Positions 39,651 to 49,096 of a DNA stretch of 64,000 bases are shown in pieces. The notes under the pieces were generated by a model. That model did no database searches. It saw nothing but the letters and a program-made list of their open reading frames with translations, and was not told the DNA's origin. The DNA is taken from positions 1,024,001 through 1,088,000 of the forward strand of contig OZ244197.1 of NCBI GenBank assembly GCA_965216785.1, written 5' to 3'. The translations under genes and the position numbers were made by a program. The first letter of the stretch is position 1; each line of letters opens with the position of its first letter. The DNA is from Thermodesulfobacteriota bacterium. Lineage in GTDB: Bacteria; Desulfobacterota_D; UBA1144; Nemesobacterales; UBA2774.

Positions 39651-40277
39651 ATGAAAAAGTATATTGTTGAATTTATCGGGACCTTAATATTTGTACTTAC
39701 CATAGGTTTTGTTGTTTTAGAGCCCGGAGCGGGCGTGATGGCGCCGCTTGCGATCGGATCGGCTTTGATGGTGATGATATATGCCGGAGGGCATATATCG
39801 GGCGGGCATTATAACCCAGCTGTAACAATTGCCGTCTGGCTAAGGGGCAGGTGCGCCGGGTCCGATGTGCCGGGATATATAATTGCCCAGATTGTGGCGG
39901 CGGTAGTGGCCTCGTTCATAGTCCTGTACGTAAAGGGTAACCCGGCGGTAGAGCCTATGACGCTAAATCTGGCCCCGGCGCTGTTAGTGGAGTTTCTCTT
40001 CACGTTCGCACTTTGTTATGTGGTTTTAAATACGGCTACTTCAAAGAATACTGAGGGTAATTCATATTACGGGCTTGCTATAGGGTTTATTGTTGTTGCC
40101 GGCGCCTATGCCGTGGGTCCTGTGTCAGGCGCTGCGTTCAATCCTGCCGTGGCTGTGGGTATATCCGTTATGGGACTTTCGGTCGTAAGTAATATCTGGG
40201 TATATTTCGCGGCAAATTTCGTTGGGGGAGCTATAGCGGCGCTGGTATTCAACGCCCTGAACCCTGACGACAAGTAA
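39651..40277 (+). CDS. Aquaporin (MIP family)
   Basis: HISGGHYNPAVT and SGAAFNPAV dual NPA motifs. Confidence 0.95.
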   Translation: MKKYIVEFIGTLIFVLTIGFVVLEPGAGVMAPLAIGSALMVMIYAGGHISGGHYNPAVTIAVWLRGRCAGSDVPGYIIAQIVAAVVASFIVLYVKGNPAVEPMTLNLAPALLVEFLFTFALCYVVLNTATSKNTEGNSYYGLAIGFIVVAGAYAVGPVSGAAFNPAVAVGISVMGLSVVSNIWVYFAANFVGGAIAALVFNALNPDDK

Positions 40278-40284
40278 TTTTGAT

Positions 40285-40318
40285 AAACTATGCGTCAATA
40301 CGACGCATAGTTTTTTTT
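40285..40318 (+). terminator. Aquaporin terminator
   Basis: AAACTATGCGTC-AATAC-GACGCATAGTTT followed by a T run. Confidence 0.85.
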
Positions 40319-40344
40319 GCAGCACAGATAGATTCTCGGGCAAA

Positions 40345-40375
40345 TAAAAAAAGGGAGCCGAAGCTCCCTTTTTTT
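40345..40375 (-). terminator. IPTL-type terminator
   Basis: A7-GGGAGCCGAAGCTCCC-T7 on the plus strand. Confidence 0.85.
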
Positions 40376-40401
40376 ATTCTTTTAAATTGTGAGTTTAAGA
40401 G

Positions 40402-40926
40402 TTACGCTTCCGCTTTCTTTCTGGTTATTCCCCAAATGCCTACCAGTACTAAAATTCCCGCCATTGCTATGAATCCCCACTGCGAAAGAGTAGGTATGGG
40501 GCGGGGGCCCGAATTGGAAAAAGTACAGCTGCCTACACCGTCATCGACGCATGTTATAGCAACTCTTTGTTCGTTTACGAACTCGGTCAGAAAGAGACAT
40601 GGGCCACCACCGCAGTCATCTTCTTCTACCGTACATTCTATACTGCCCAGTTCCCATCCGGGAGGAACTAACTCCGTTAAACTTACCTCATTACCGTTTT
40701 CTATAAACATCAGCTCTGTATCGTCGCTTGGGTCTGACAATGTAAAGCTGAAATTTTGATCCCCGGTGACTTCGAAAGTGAAAATTGTGTCGTCCGGTGG
40801 TATAGCCGCCTTATTGATTGTTATCGGACAGAACGCGTTTGCCTGGCCGGTGCCGAGCACCAAAAAGCCTGCGCCCATTAACACGGTAAGTATGAATAGA
40901 CTTATCAAATTTCGTGTATATCTCAT
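40402..40926 (-). CDS. IPTL-CTERM protein with a single prealbumin-like/CnaB-type domain
   Basis: CPITINK...LTE...CTFSN, then RPIPTLSQWG-TM-RKK; paralog of 26181..26693. Confidence 0.9.
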   Translation of the reverse strand: MRYTRNLISLFILTVLMGAGFLVLGTGQANAFCPITINKAAIPPDDTIFTFEVTGDQNFSFTLSDPSDDTELMFIENGNEVSLTELVPPGWELGSIECTVEEDDCGGGPCLFLTEFVNEQRVAITCVDDGVGSCTFSNSGPRPIPTLSQWGFIAMAGILVLVGIWGITRKKAEA

Positions 40927-41082
40927 TTTAATCCTCCTTAGTTATCAATGGTAAGGCTAGGAATATACAAACACTATAAACATAAATACGGAGCGATTGC
41001 AACCATTTGTTTGGATTCGATATAAAAGAGGGGGCAAGAGAGTTTGGTAGATCCTGGAAAATCGGCGGCTTTCTATTTAACG

Positions 41083-44000
41083 CTATAAAGCATCCGGTTC
41101 TGTGTTTCCGGGAAGCTCCGGGACAGCTTTTCTGCTCTTGCGCCAGTTGGTCCATTTCTTGTGAATGTGGAGCTTGGCGTCATCGAGGATCAGGTAAAGA
41201 CACGGTATCAGCAGTAGAGTTATAAGCGTTGCGAACACGAGCCCGAACCCGAGCGCTATGGCCATAGGGGCAAGGAACGCCGCCTCTCCCCTGAATTTAA
41301 TCATAAGAGACGCGAGTCCGCCAAACGTAGTGACAGTTGTCAGGACAATCGGCCTGAAGCGGTGCTTCGCAGAGAAAGCGACCGCTACAACCCTGCCCAT
41401 TTTGCTAAACCTCGAGTTTATAAAAGTCATCAGGATAAGGCTGTCGTTTACCACAATTCCAAGCAGCGCGACGGTGCCGATGAGCGCCGGCAGCGTGAGA
41501 GGCTCGCCCCTTAAAAGTATCCCGATCATCACCCCTATGAGCGCAAAGGGGAGGACGGCCATAATGATAAAGGGTTGTGTGTAGGACTTGAGCATGCTCG
41601 CAAGGATTATGTATATGAGCAGGATCGCGATTATAGCGGCTCTTTGTATGCTCGCTAAAGACTCTCTGGTCTGCTCCTCCTCGCCGCCGAATACGTATGA
41701 GTAGCCGGGGAAACTCTTAAGTGTATCGTCAAGATAGGCCGAGAGGGAAGCATTGACTTCGGTCGGCGTGGTAACATTCTCGTCAACCTCAGCCGTTACC
41801 CTGACGGCGCGCTCGTTATCATAGCGGGATATAGTAAGCATGCTGGGCTCGGTCGTCATGCTGACTATGCTGCTTATGGGCACCCAGCCGCCTCCGGGCG
41901 ATTTTATCTGATATGACTCCAGAAGTGAGAGCAGATTTCCGGAAGGGAGCTCGTATTTAACTATTATGTCTGCTTCCTCAGTACCGAGGCGGGTTTGCGC
42001 TACAGTAAGACCTTCTGCCGCGGCCCTTATGGCCCTTGCAATAGTGCGTGTGTCGAGTCCGTATACAGCGGCTCTTTGCTCGTCAACATTTATTCTTATC
42101 TCGGGTTTGCCCCAGATTAGATCATCGCTTACGCTGTTTACGCCGGTGGTGGTTTCAAGATTTTCAGAAGCTATCCCAGCGAGCTCTTTTAAGGACTCGA
42201 AGTTCTCTCCCATTATTCTTAGATCAACTGCCTTCCCGGTCGGCGGACCTCCTGACTCGACAAAATCCACCCTTACGGGTCCGACTACTTCACTCTCTAC
42301 TCTTTTTCTAATTTCTCTTGCAAGCTCTTTTGCGTTTTCTTCTCTAACATCGAAGTCTTCAAATTCCACTATTACCGTTGCCAGGTGATCTCCGAGATCG
42401 GATTCCTGTCCTGTCAGGTCTATACCGATCATCGATATTGTGTTTTTGTGCACATGATCGGGCACTATTTCCTTAACAGTGTCTTCGATCTTGGCGACTG
42501 ATTTAATGGTAGAGTCGATACTTGACCATGAGGGGTTCTCGACCCTGATATAGATTTCCGCAACGTCCTGGGAATAGAAAAGAACCCTGGGTACTTTCAT
42601 GAAGATGCCGAGAGTTAATATCAAAACCAGTACGAAGGTTGTAACAGTTATATATCTGTGCCTTAGCGCGAAAGTTAGCGCTTTCATGTAGTTGAACCGG
42701 ATTTTGTATACCCAGCTTCTATTTTGCCTGTTGGCGTGTCCGGGTTTTAAGAAGTCAGCGCAGTGAGAGGGCAGTATGATAAGTGCCTCTATCAACGAGA
42801 CAAGGAGCGCGAATATCGCGACTTTTGGAATAATGGACATAAACTTGCCTATGAGCCCCGTCGCAATGAGAAGCGGTATGAACGAGGCTATGTTGGTGAG
42901 AATAGTCGCCACGACAGGCATGGCTACTTCCTTGGTCCCCTTTATTGCCGCATCCTTGGCGGAGTACCCGAGCTGTAAGTAGCGCTGTATGTTCTCGGCT
43001 ACGATAATCGCGTCATCCACAATTATCCCGAGCACTAATATAAGCCCGAACATCGAGAGTACGTTGAGGGTGATCCCGGAGAACTGCATGAGTATAAAGG
43101 CTCCGAAGAAGGCCACGGGAAGACCTACAGCGGCAACGATGGCGGCCCTCAAATCCAGGAAAAGCGCAAGAATAATGAGAACGATAACAAGACCTATGAG
43201 GCCGCTGTTCACCATTGTCTCGAATCTTTTTTCTACCCAGTAAGAGGTATCGTTCGTGGTATATAACTGTATTTCCTCGGGTACTCTTCCCCTAAATTCC
43301 TCGACTTTGTTTTCTATTGTTGTGACAGTTTTAATTGAGTCCGTATTCTTTTGCTTATTGATCCAGAAGTTGATGGAGGGGAGGCTGTTTACCCGGGCTT
43401 TTGTCCTGGTTTTCTGCTCGCCCTGCTCTATTCTCGCGATGTCCTTAAGTAATATATGCCTGCCTTGATCGCTTTGTCTCACAGGGATATTGAGAAGGTC
43501 TTCGACCTTCTGAACCCGGCCCGTGACTCTTACGAGTATCTCGGAGTCTCCCTGCTCGACGGCCCCCCCGGGCAGGTCGAGGTTCTTCTGGTTGATTACT
43601 GTCGCGACATCTTCCAGGCTCACTCCGTACTGGCGCAGTTTGTCGGGATCAACGTATACCCAAAATGCGGGGTCGCCGAGCCCTGAGGTGATGATGCTGT
43701 CTACTCCGCCGATGAGTTTGAGCTCATTTTCAAGTAAAAGTGCGTAGCTCCTAAGGGTTTCCTGAGGGACGTCGCCTGCTATGGCGACGCTTATGAGAGG
43801 GAAATTGGCATCGAACTCCTCAACAATCGGGTCTTCCGCGTCCTCCGGGAGCTTGTCCTCGATCCTTGAGATTTCAGAACGTATTTCCTGCGCGAGCTTT
43901 TGAGTATCCTCACCGGTGTAAAGCTCGGCCACAACAGAAGAAAGCCCTTCCGATGAAGTCGAGCGCAGCACTTTAATGCCGCTGATACCGTTTATTTCGT

Positions 44001-44205
44001 CTTCGATGGGTATGGTAACGAGCTTTTCAACGTCCTCAGCCGAGGCTCCCGGAAAAACAGTGCTGACAGTTACGAGCTCAAGTTTGATGGAGGGAAATAA
44101 CTCAAGAGGAAGCCTCGTCGCGGCAAGTATTCCGACAACGAGTATCGAGAGCATAAGGAGATTTACAAGTACGGGATTTTTAACAGAGAATTCGGCAATG
44201 TGCAT
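41083..44205 (-). CDS. RND efflux transporter permease (AcrB family)
   Basis: 1040 aa; LGIIVDDAII, GIVVNDSL and RFRPIVLTT motifs. Confidence 0.95.
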   Translation of the reverse strand: MHIAEFSVKNPVLVNLLMLSILVVGILAATRLPLELFPSIKLELVTVSTVFPGASAEDVEKLVTIPIEDEINGISGIKVLRSTSSEGLSSVVAELYTGEDTQKLAQEIRSEISRIEDKLPEDAEDPIVEEFDANFPLISVAIAGDVPQETLRSYALLLENELKLIGGVDSIITSGLGDPAFWVYVDPDKLRQYGVSLEDVATVINQKNLDLPGGAVEQGDSEILVRVTGRVQKVEDLLNIPVRQSDQGRHILLKDIARIEQGEQKTRTKARVNSLPSINFWINKQKNTDSIKTVTTIENKVEEFRGRVPEEIQLYTTNDTSYWVEKRFETMVNSGLIGLVIVLIILALFLDLRAAIVAAVGLPVAFFGAFILMQFSGITLNVLSMFGLILVLGIIVDDAIIVAENIQRYLQLGYSAKDAAIKGTKEVAMPVVATILTNIASFIPLLIATGLIGKFMSIIPKVAIFALLVSLIEALIILPSHCADFLKPGHANRQNRSWVYKIRFNYMKALTFALRHRYITVTTFVLVLILTLGIFMKVPRVLFYSQDVAEIYIRVENPSWSSIDSTIKSVAKIEDTVKEIVPDHVHKNTISMIGIDLTGQESDLGDHLATVIVEFEDFDVREENAKELAREIRKRVESEVVGPVRVDFVESGGPPTGKAVDLRIMGENFESLKELAGIASENLETTTGVNSVSDDLIWGKPEIRINVDEQRAAVYGLDTRTIARAIRAAAEGLTVAQTRLGTEEADIIVKYELPSGNLLSLLESYQIKSPGGGWVPISSIVSMTTEPSMLTISRYDNERAVRVTAEVDENVTTPTEVNASLSAYLDDTLKSFPGYSYVFGGEEEQTRESLASIQRAAIIAILLIYIILASMLKSYTQPFIIMAVLPFALIGVMIGILLRGEPLTLPALIGTVALLGIVVNDSLILMTFINSRFSKMGRVVAVAFSAKHRFRPIVLTTVTTFGGLASLMIKFRGEAAFLAPMAIALGFGLVFATLITLLLIPCLYLILDDAKLHIHKKWTNWRKSRKAVPELPGNTEPDAL

Positions 44206-44221
44206 TAGAGGCTCTAAAGAG

Positions 44222-45355
44222 TTACGGCATCAAGCGGACTAGCTGCCCGCCGGCAAGTCCAACGTGGCCTTCTACGATGACCTTGCTGTTTTCCGGTATC
44301 ATGTGTGAAGGTATACTGCCCTCGTTTTCGTTTATCCAAACAACCGAGACCGGGATCTTTTGAGCTTTCCCATCCTGGTAAACAAAGATGAAAAGATCGC
44401 GGTTATCGGACAGTACAGCTGTCCTCGGTACTATGATTACATCCTTTAGTAATTCAACAGGTACCTGCATGTTAACGATCTCGCCCGGCCACCAGTTGTA
44501 TTTATTATCAATAATTTCAGCCTCTACTTCATAAGTGCCCGAAAGAGCGTCCATGCCGGGGCTGACACCTATTACGCGGGCCTGTGTTTCTTCATATGCC
44601 CCGTTTAGTGTGGTGTTGAGGTTTACGGTCATTCCGGGCTTAATCACCCTGGCCCACCTGGGCTCGACCCCCGCTACTACGCGCTCGTTTGAGGTGCTTA
44701 CCATCCCGGCAACCACCTCGCCGGAAGTTACTTCCTGGCCGATATCCGGGATTATCTCCGATACCTGCCCTGAGATAGGGGCCTTTACCGTAAGGTGCTC
44801 TACATCCCACTTCATCAAGTTATAGGACGCTTCCAGGCCGTCTACGTTTGAGGCTTCAGAGGATACCTGGTTTGACAGAGAGTCCAGAGTGTCCTTAGCC
44901 ACAATGCCTTTTTCGACCAGCGTTTTGTTCTGCTCGTATTTGCGTCTTAGCTCGTTAAGGTTTGCTTTTGCGGACATGAGCCGGGCCTCGGACTCTTTTA
45001 GCCTGTACACCTTGCGATCGTCCTGAAGCACTATAAGGGGGTCGCCCTTTTGCACTTCCTGGCCCAAAACCGCTTTCCTCTCGACGACCCATCCGCTGAC
45101 GTCGGCTTTAATGCTTACCGTTTGCCCTCCCTCTAGCCGCGCTAAAAAGCTGGTGGTTCTCCAAACTTCTGTAACCGATGAGTCCTGAACTCTTACGGGC
45201 GCAAGCTTTTTTTCAGCTTCCCCTTCAAACGCGGAAGTGCGTACAGAGATCATGCGAACGTACAGGCCTATGGTGAGCACAATAAAAGCCGCAAGGAATC
45301 CAAAGAACCATATCCACTGTTTTTTCTTTTTAGCTCTTATCTTTGCCGTAGGCAT
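44222..45355 (-). CDS. RND periplasmic adaptor (membrane fusion protein)
   Basis: N-terminal TM, lipoyl-like GQEVQKGD, coiled coil and VKAPISG. Confidence 0.9.
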   Translation of the reverse strand: MPTAKIRAKKKKQWIWFFGFLAAFIVLTIGLYVRMISVRTSAFEGEAEKKLAPVRVQDSSVTEVWRTTSFLARLEGGQTVSIKADVSGWVVERKAVLGQEVQKGDPLIVLQDDRKVYRLKESEARLMSAKANLNELRRKYEQNKTLVEKGIVAKDTLDSLSNQVSSEASNVDGLEASYNLMKWDVEHLTVKAPISGQVSEIIPDIGQEVTSGEVVAGMVSTSNERVVAGVEPRWARVIKPGMTVNLNTTLNGAYEETQARVIGVSPGMDALSGTYEVEAEIIDNKYNWWPGEIVNMQVPVELLKDVIIVPRTAVLSDNRDLFIFVYQDGKAQKIPVSVVWINENEGSIPSHMIPENSKVIVEGHVGLAGGQLVRLMP

Positions 45356-45604
45356 CGAGTTAACCTCTTGGAATAATTCTACACAATATTTTCCGGATTG
45401 TTATACTAATTATACTAAGACTTCATAATACTTAAAATTTCCGTACGATTTTTAAAACTTGCAATGCCTCCGGCTACTTGTGGTGACGATTTTAAAGTCT
45501 CCTTTATTTTTTTCTCAGAACATGTTGATTTTTCAGGTATTTTTCTGTAATATGACAAATTAAGACTAAATCCAAAGGAGAGGGATGTAGTAGGGTATAC
45601 GCCT

Positions 45605-45880
45605 ATGACAAAATCACAATTATCTGCCCACATAGCCGAGAAGGCTGGTATCACAAAAAAAACAGCTGCTGAGATTATTGACGAGCTAGCTGCTGTTGCT
45701 TATAGCGAGGCCAAGAAGAACAAGCAGTTTACTCTTCCTGGAATAGGTAAATTGGTTCTGAATAACCGGAAAGCGAGGAAAGGAAGAAACCCCGCCACCG
45801 GTCAGGAAATCGATATACCGGCCAAGACTGTAGTTAAGTTCAGGGTAGCCAAAGCGTGTAAAGACGCTGTATTGGGCTAA
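45605..45880 (+). CDS. hup: DNA-binding protein HU
   Basis: MTKSQL..., RKARKGRNPATG and IPAKTVVKF. Confidence 0.95.
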   Translation: MTKSQLSAHIAEKAGITKKTAAEIIDELAAVAYSEAKKNKQFTLPGIGKLVLNNRKARKGRNPATGQEIDIPAKTVVKFRVAKACKDAVLG

Positions 45881-46067
45881 TAGCTAAGACCTGAGAAGAG
45901 CTACTTTTTAAGTTACAGACTGTATGAGTTTTGAAGTGTCCTGGATTTGTTCCACTAGGATGGATGTATAGTTATGCACATTACAGTACTAGTTCAAGAA
46001 TATATGGGACGAAATCTTGTATTACATAACAGTCTAGATTGGCTGGATACTGAAAAAACTTCGGTTC

Positions 46068-47261
46068 TTAGCTTTTAAAGGAAGAAATTTTGTCAAGAAC
46101 CCTTTGAGCAAGGTCTGATTTTGACATAAGAGGTAGCTCTTCGGTTTCAGAGCCGTATAGAAGATGCGCTTTATTTGTATCTTTTTCAAATCCTGATTCG
46201 GGCTCAAGAATATTGTTGGCAACGATCATATCTGCTTTTTTTCTCTTTAGCTTATCCTTAGCGTTTTTAATCAGGTCCTCACTCTCTGCAGCAAACCCGA
46301 TGACAATCCGGCCGTTCTTATTGCCCCCGACTTCTTTTAATATATCCTTGGTTTGCTTGAGCTCTATGGTTTTTTTGCCGCTTTGTTTTTTAATCTTGCC
46401 GTTTTGTCTGGTTTTTGGCGTGTAATCTCCGACTGCCGCGGCTTTAATTACAATCGTAGACCATTTTAGGTGTTTTAATACAGCATCATACATATCTGAG
46501 GCGCTTTCAGTTTGAATTAGCTCCACTCCATATGGGGGCGTTAATTCAGTCTTTCCCGATATTAGTTTTACCTGGGCCCCTCTCATGCGCGCCTCTTTTG
46601 CCATGGCGTATCCCATCTTTCCGCTCGAGGGGTTTGATATAAATCGGACGGGGTCTATGTACTCTCGCGTTGCTCCGGCTGTTACTAGTACTTTTTCACC
46701 GGTTAAATCTTTAGGGGTCAGCGCTGATTCTATTTCATCTGCTATATCATCAATTTCAGGGAGTCTTCCCTTGCCTTCCCAGCCGCATGCAAGCTCACCC
46801 TCGCCAGGCTCAACCACTATAAAACCGCGACTCTGCAGTTTGGTGAGATTCTCCTGTACTGCCGGGTTTGAATACATGTTCACATTCATGGCGGGGCACA
46901 GTATTACGGGGCATTGTGCGGCCAGAATGACTGTGGCCAAAAGACTGTCCGCTATACCCGAGGCGACTTTGCCGATAAAGCTCGCCGACGCTGGGGCAAC
47001 AACAATGACACCTGCTTTGTCCGCCAGGCTTATATGGCCGATCTCGGCCTCCCAGACAAGATCGAAAGTCTTCAGTGCTACACGGTTTCCCGAGAGCGTC
47101 TGCATCGTAAGAGGTGTGACAAACTCGGTCGCATTCTGCGTCATTACAACCTGTACTGAGGCATTTTCCTTGACGAGCCTCCTTACAAGGTCGCAGGACT
47201 TATAGGCTGCTATGCCTCCCGTGATGCCTACTATTATATTTTTCCCTTCAAATTTACTCAT
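46068..47261 (-). CDS. coaBC: Bifunctional phosphopantothenoylcysteine decarboxylase/ligase
   Basis: GITGGIAAYK, PAMNVNM, DPVRFISNPSSGKMG and GFAAE motifs; start taken at MSKF. Confidence 0.96.
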   Translation of the reverse strand: MSKFEGKNIIVGITGGIAAYKSCDLVRRLVKENASVQVVMTQNATEFVTPLTMQTLSGNRVALKTFDLVWEAEIGHISLADKAGVIVVAPASASFIGKVASGIADSLLATVILAAQCPVILCPAMNVNMYSNPAVQENLTKLQSRGFIVVEPGEGELACGWEGKGRLPEIDDIADEIESALTPKDLTGEKVLVTAGATREYIDPVRFISNPSSGKMGYAMAKEARMRGAQVKLISGKTELTPPYGVELIQTESASDMYDAVLKHLKWSTIVIKAAAVGDYTPKTRQNGKIKKQSGKKTIELKQTKDILKEVGGNKNGRIVIGFAAESEDLIKNAKDKLKRKKADMIVANNILEPESGFEKDTNKAHLLYGSETEELPLMSKSDLAQRVLDKISSFKS

Positions 47262-47371
47262 TTTTTTAATACCCCGATTACCTATAGTATAGGAAATAAG
47301 ATTTAATAGGGCAAACATTCACTTATCAGACGTTTGGTCAAAATGATAATTTTCCAAGATTAAAAAAACTC

Positions 47372-47410
47372 TTGACAAAATCATAATAGGTGTATATACT
47401 CCTATTATGA
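47372..47410 (+). promoter_or_regulatory. Sigma70 promoter overlapped by a 30-bp palindromic operator
   Basis: TTGACA-17bp-TATACT; TCATAATAGGTGTATATACTCCTATTATGA at 47381-47410. Confidence 0.85.
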
Positions 47411-47877
47411 TGAAAAAGAACGTTAATATGAACGAATTAAGCAGACACGAAGTTTCCAAATGCAATGAGTGTACGGCGTTTAATTTAAAGAAAGCGACAA
47501 GGATTGTGCAAAATCTTTTTGACGAGGCTTTTAAGCCCATAGGTCTTGAAGGGACTCAATATACTGTTTTAGGCCACATTTTTGTGCATGGGCCGATTTC
47601 TTTGACTAAGCTTGCAGAGTTGATGCATGTGGACAGGACCACACTTGCCAGAAATCTAAAGCCTTTAGAGAAAAGAGGCTTATTGGAAATAAAACCCGGC
47701 AGTGACCGCAGAGCCAAAATTATAAACATAACGGACAGCGGTAAGGAAGTTATGGCAGAGGCCCTGCCTCTATGGAAAAAAACGCAGAAAGAAATTAAGA
47801 CCGCGCTTGGTATTGATAATTGGAGCTCTATGATATCAAACCTAACAGGTCTTGTTGATGAGCTTGAAGTGAGATAA
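47407..47877 (+). CDS. MarR-family transcriptional regulator
   Basis: CTAFNLKKATR, VDRTTLARNLKPLEKRGL and DRR...ITDSG. Confidence 0.93.
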   Translation: MMKKNVNMNELSRHEVSKCNECTAFNLKKATRIVQNLFDEAFKPIGLEGTQYTVLGHIFVHGPISLTKLAELMHVDRTTLARNLKPLEKRGLLEIKPGSDRRAKIINITDSGKEVMAEALPLWKKTQKEIKTALGIDNWSSMISNLTGLVDELEVR

Positions 47878-47893
47878 AAAAATTTAAACATAT

Positions 47894-47909
47894 ACGTGTA
47901 TATACACGT
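47894..47909. promoter_or_regulatory. Second MarR-type operator
   Basis: Perfect palindrome ACGTGTATATACACGT with the same GTGTATATAC core, just upstream of the RBS of the NmrA gene. Confidence 0.8.
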
Positions 47910-47924
47910 TTAAGGAGCGTTAAT

Positions 47925-49049
47925 ATGAGTAAACCAAGGATTCTTGTTACATCGGCTGCGGGGCATACAGGGTCGGTAGTAGCAAAACAGTTAATTGAAA
48001 GGGGGTTTCCTGTACGCGCTTTTGTCCGCACAGAGGACGCGCGCTCCGAGCGCCTAAGAAAGGCCGGAGCGGAAATATTCGTCGGGGACCTATTAGATAT
48101 AAGAGACATGAGAAAGGCGCTCGTGGGTGTGGAGCGTGCTTATTACTGTCCGCCCTTTGCTGCAAATGTTTTACACGGCTCTATGCTTTTCGCCCTGGCT
48201 GCGGAAGAGGCGAAGCTCAAAGTGGCAGTGATTATGGCAGCGTGGAATCCGCATCCGACTCACCCCTCTATTCACCAGCGCGAGCACTGGCTAGCGGATA
48301 ATATCTATCAATGGATGCCAACGGTCGATGTCGTTTACGTTAACCCCGGGGTATTTGCATTCACATATTTCTTCAGCCTTCCCGCCGCTGCTCATTTCGG
48401 AAAGCTTTTGCTTCCTTACGGCGAGGGGCTGAACGCGCCGCCCTCAAATGAGGACATCGCCTCTGTGGCGGTTTCGGTACTGGCTGAACCTGAGCCACAC
48501 ATAGGTAAAAACTACAGGCCTACCGGACCAAAGCTTATTTCAGGCAGTGATGTAGCAGAGATATTCGGCAGTATTTTGGAACGTAAAGTTGACTACGTAG
48601 ATGTTCCGACATCGATGTTCATCAAGGCCGCCAAAGCCTTAGGGTTTTCGAATTTCGAGATAGCCCAGTTCCGTCATTATGCAGAAGAGATGCGAGGAGG
48701 TACATATGCGCTCGGTGCGCCTACGGACCACGTAGAGCTGGTGACAGGAAGGCCGCCTGAGGATTTTGAAGTAACCGCGCGGCGTTACTTTGAGCGCCCC
48801 GAGCTGGTATTCCCGGGCTTAAAGATCGGAAATAAATTTGAGGCTGCCTGGCTCATGCTTAAAACAATAATGGCCCGGGTGCCTGATTTAGATAAGTGGG
48901 AGTCTGAGCGTAGTTACCCGCTTATCAAAGAAGGGCTTCTCGCGCACGATAGTGAAGAATGGCTTTACACTGCCAGGCGCAAGCGCCTTTCTCTCCTTGA
49001 TATTAATAAGGACGAAGGGGCCGGAGAGGCGGCGCAAATAGCGGTGTAA
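47925..49049 (+). CDS. NmrA-family NAD(P)-binding protein
   Basis: ILVTSAAGHTG Rossmann variant, VRAFVR and EDIASVA. Confidence 0.85.
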   Translation: MSKPRILVTSAAGHTGSVVAKQLIERGFPVRAFVRTEDARSERLRKAGAEIFVGDLLDIRDMRKALVGVERAYYCPPFAANVLHGSMLFALAAEEAKLKVAVIMAAWNPHPTHPSIHQREHWLADNIYQWMPTVDVVYVNPGVFAFTYFFSLPAAAHFGKLLLPYGEGLNAPPSNEDIASVAVSVLAEPEPHIGKNYRPTGPKLISGSDVAEIFGSILERKVDYVDVPTSMFIKAAKALGFSNFEIAQFRHYAEEMRGGTYALGAPTDHVELVTGRPPEDFEVTARRYFERPELVFPGLKIGNKFEAAWLMLKTIMARVPDLDKWESERSYPLIKEGLLAHDSEEWLYTARRKRLSLLDINKDEGAGEAAQIAV

Positions 49050-49096
49050 GAACAAGAATAATGAATTTAAATCAAATAAATAAGGAGGTATTTAGC

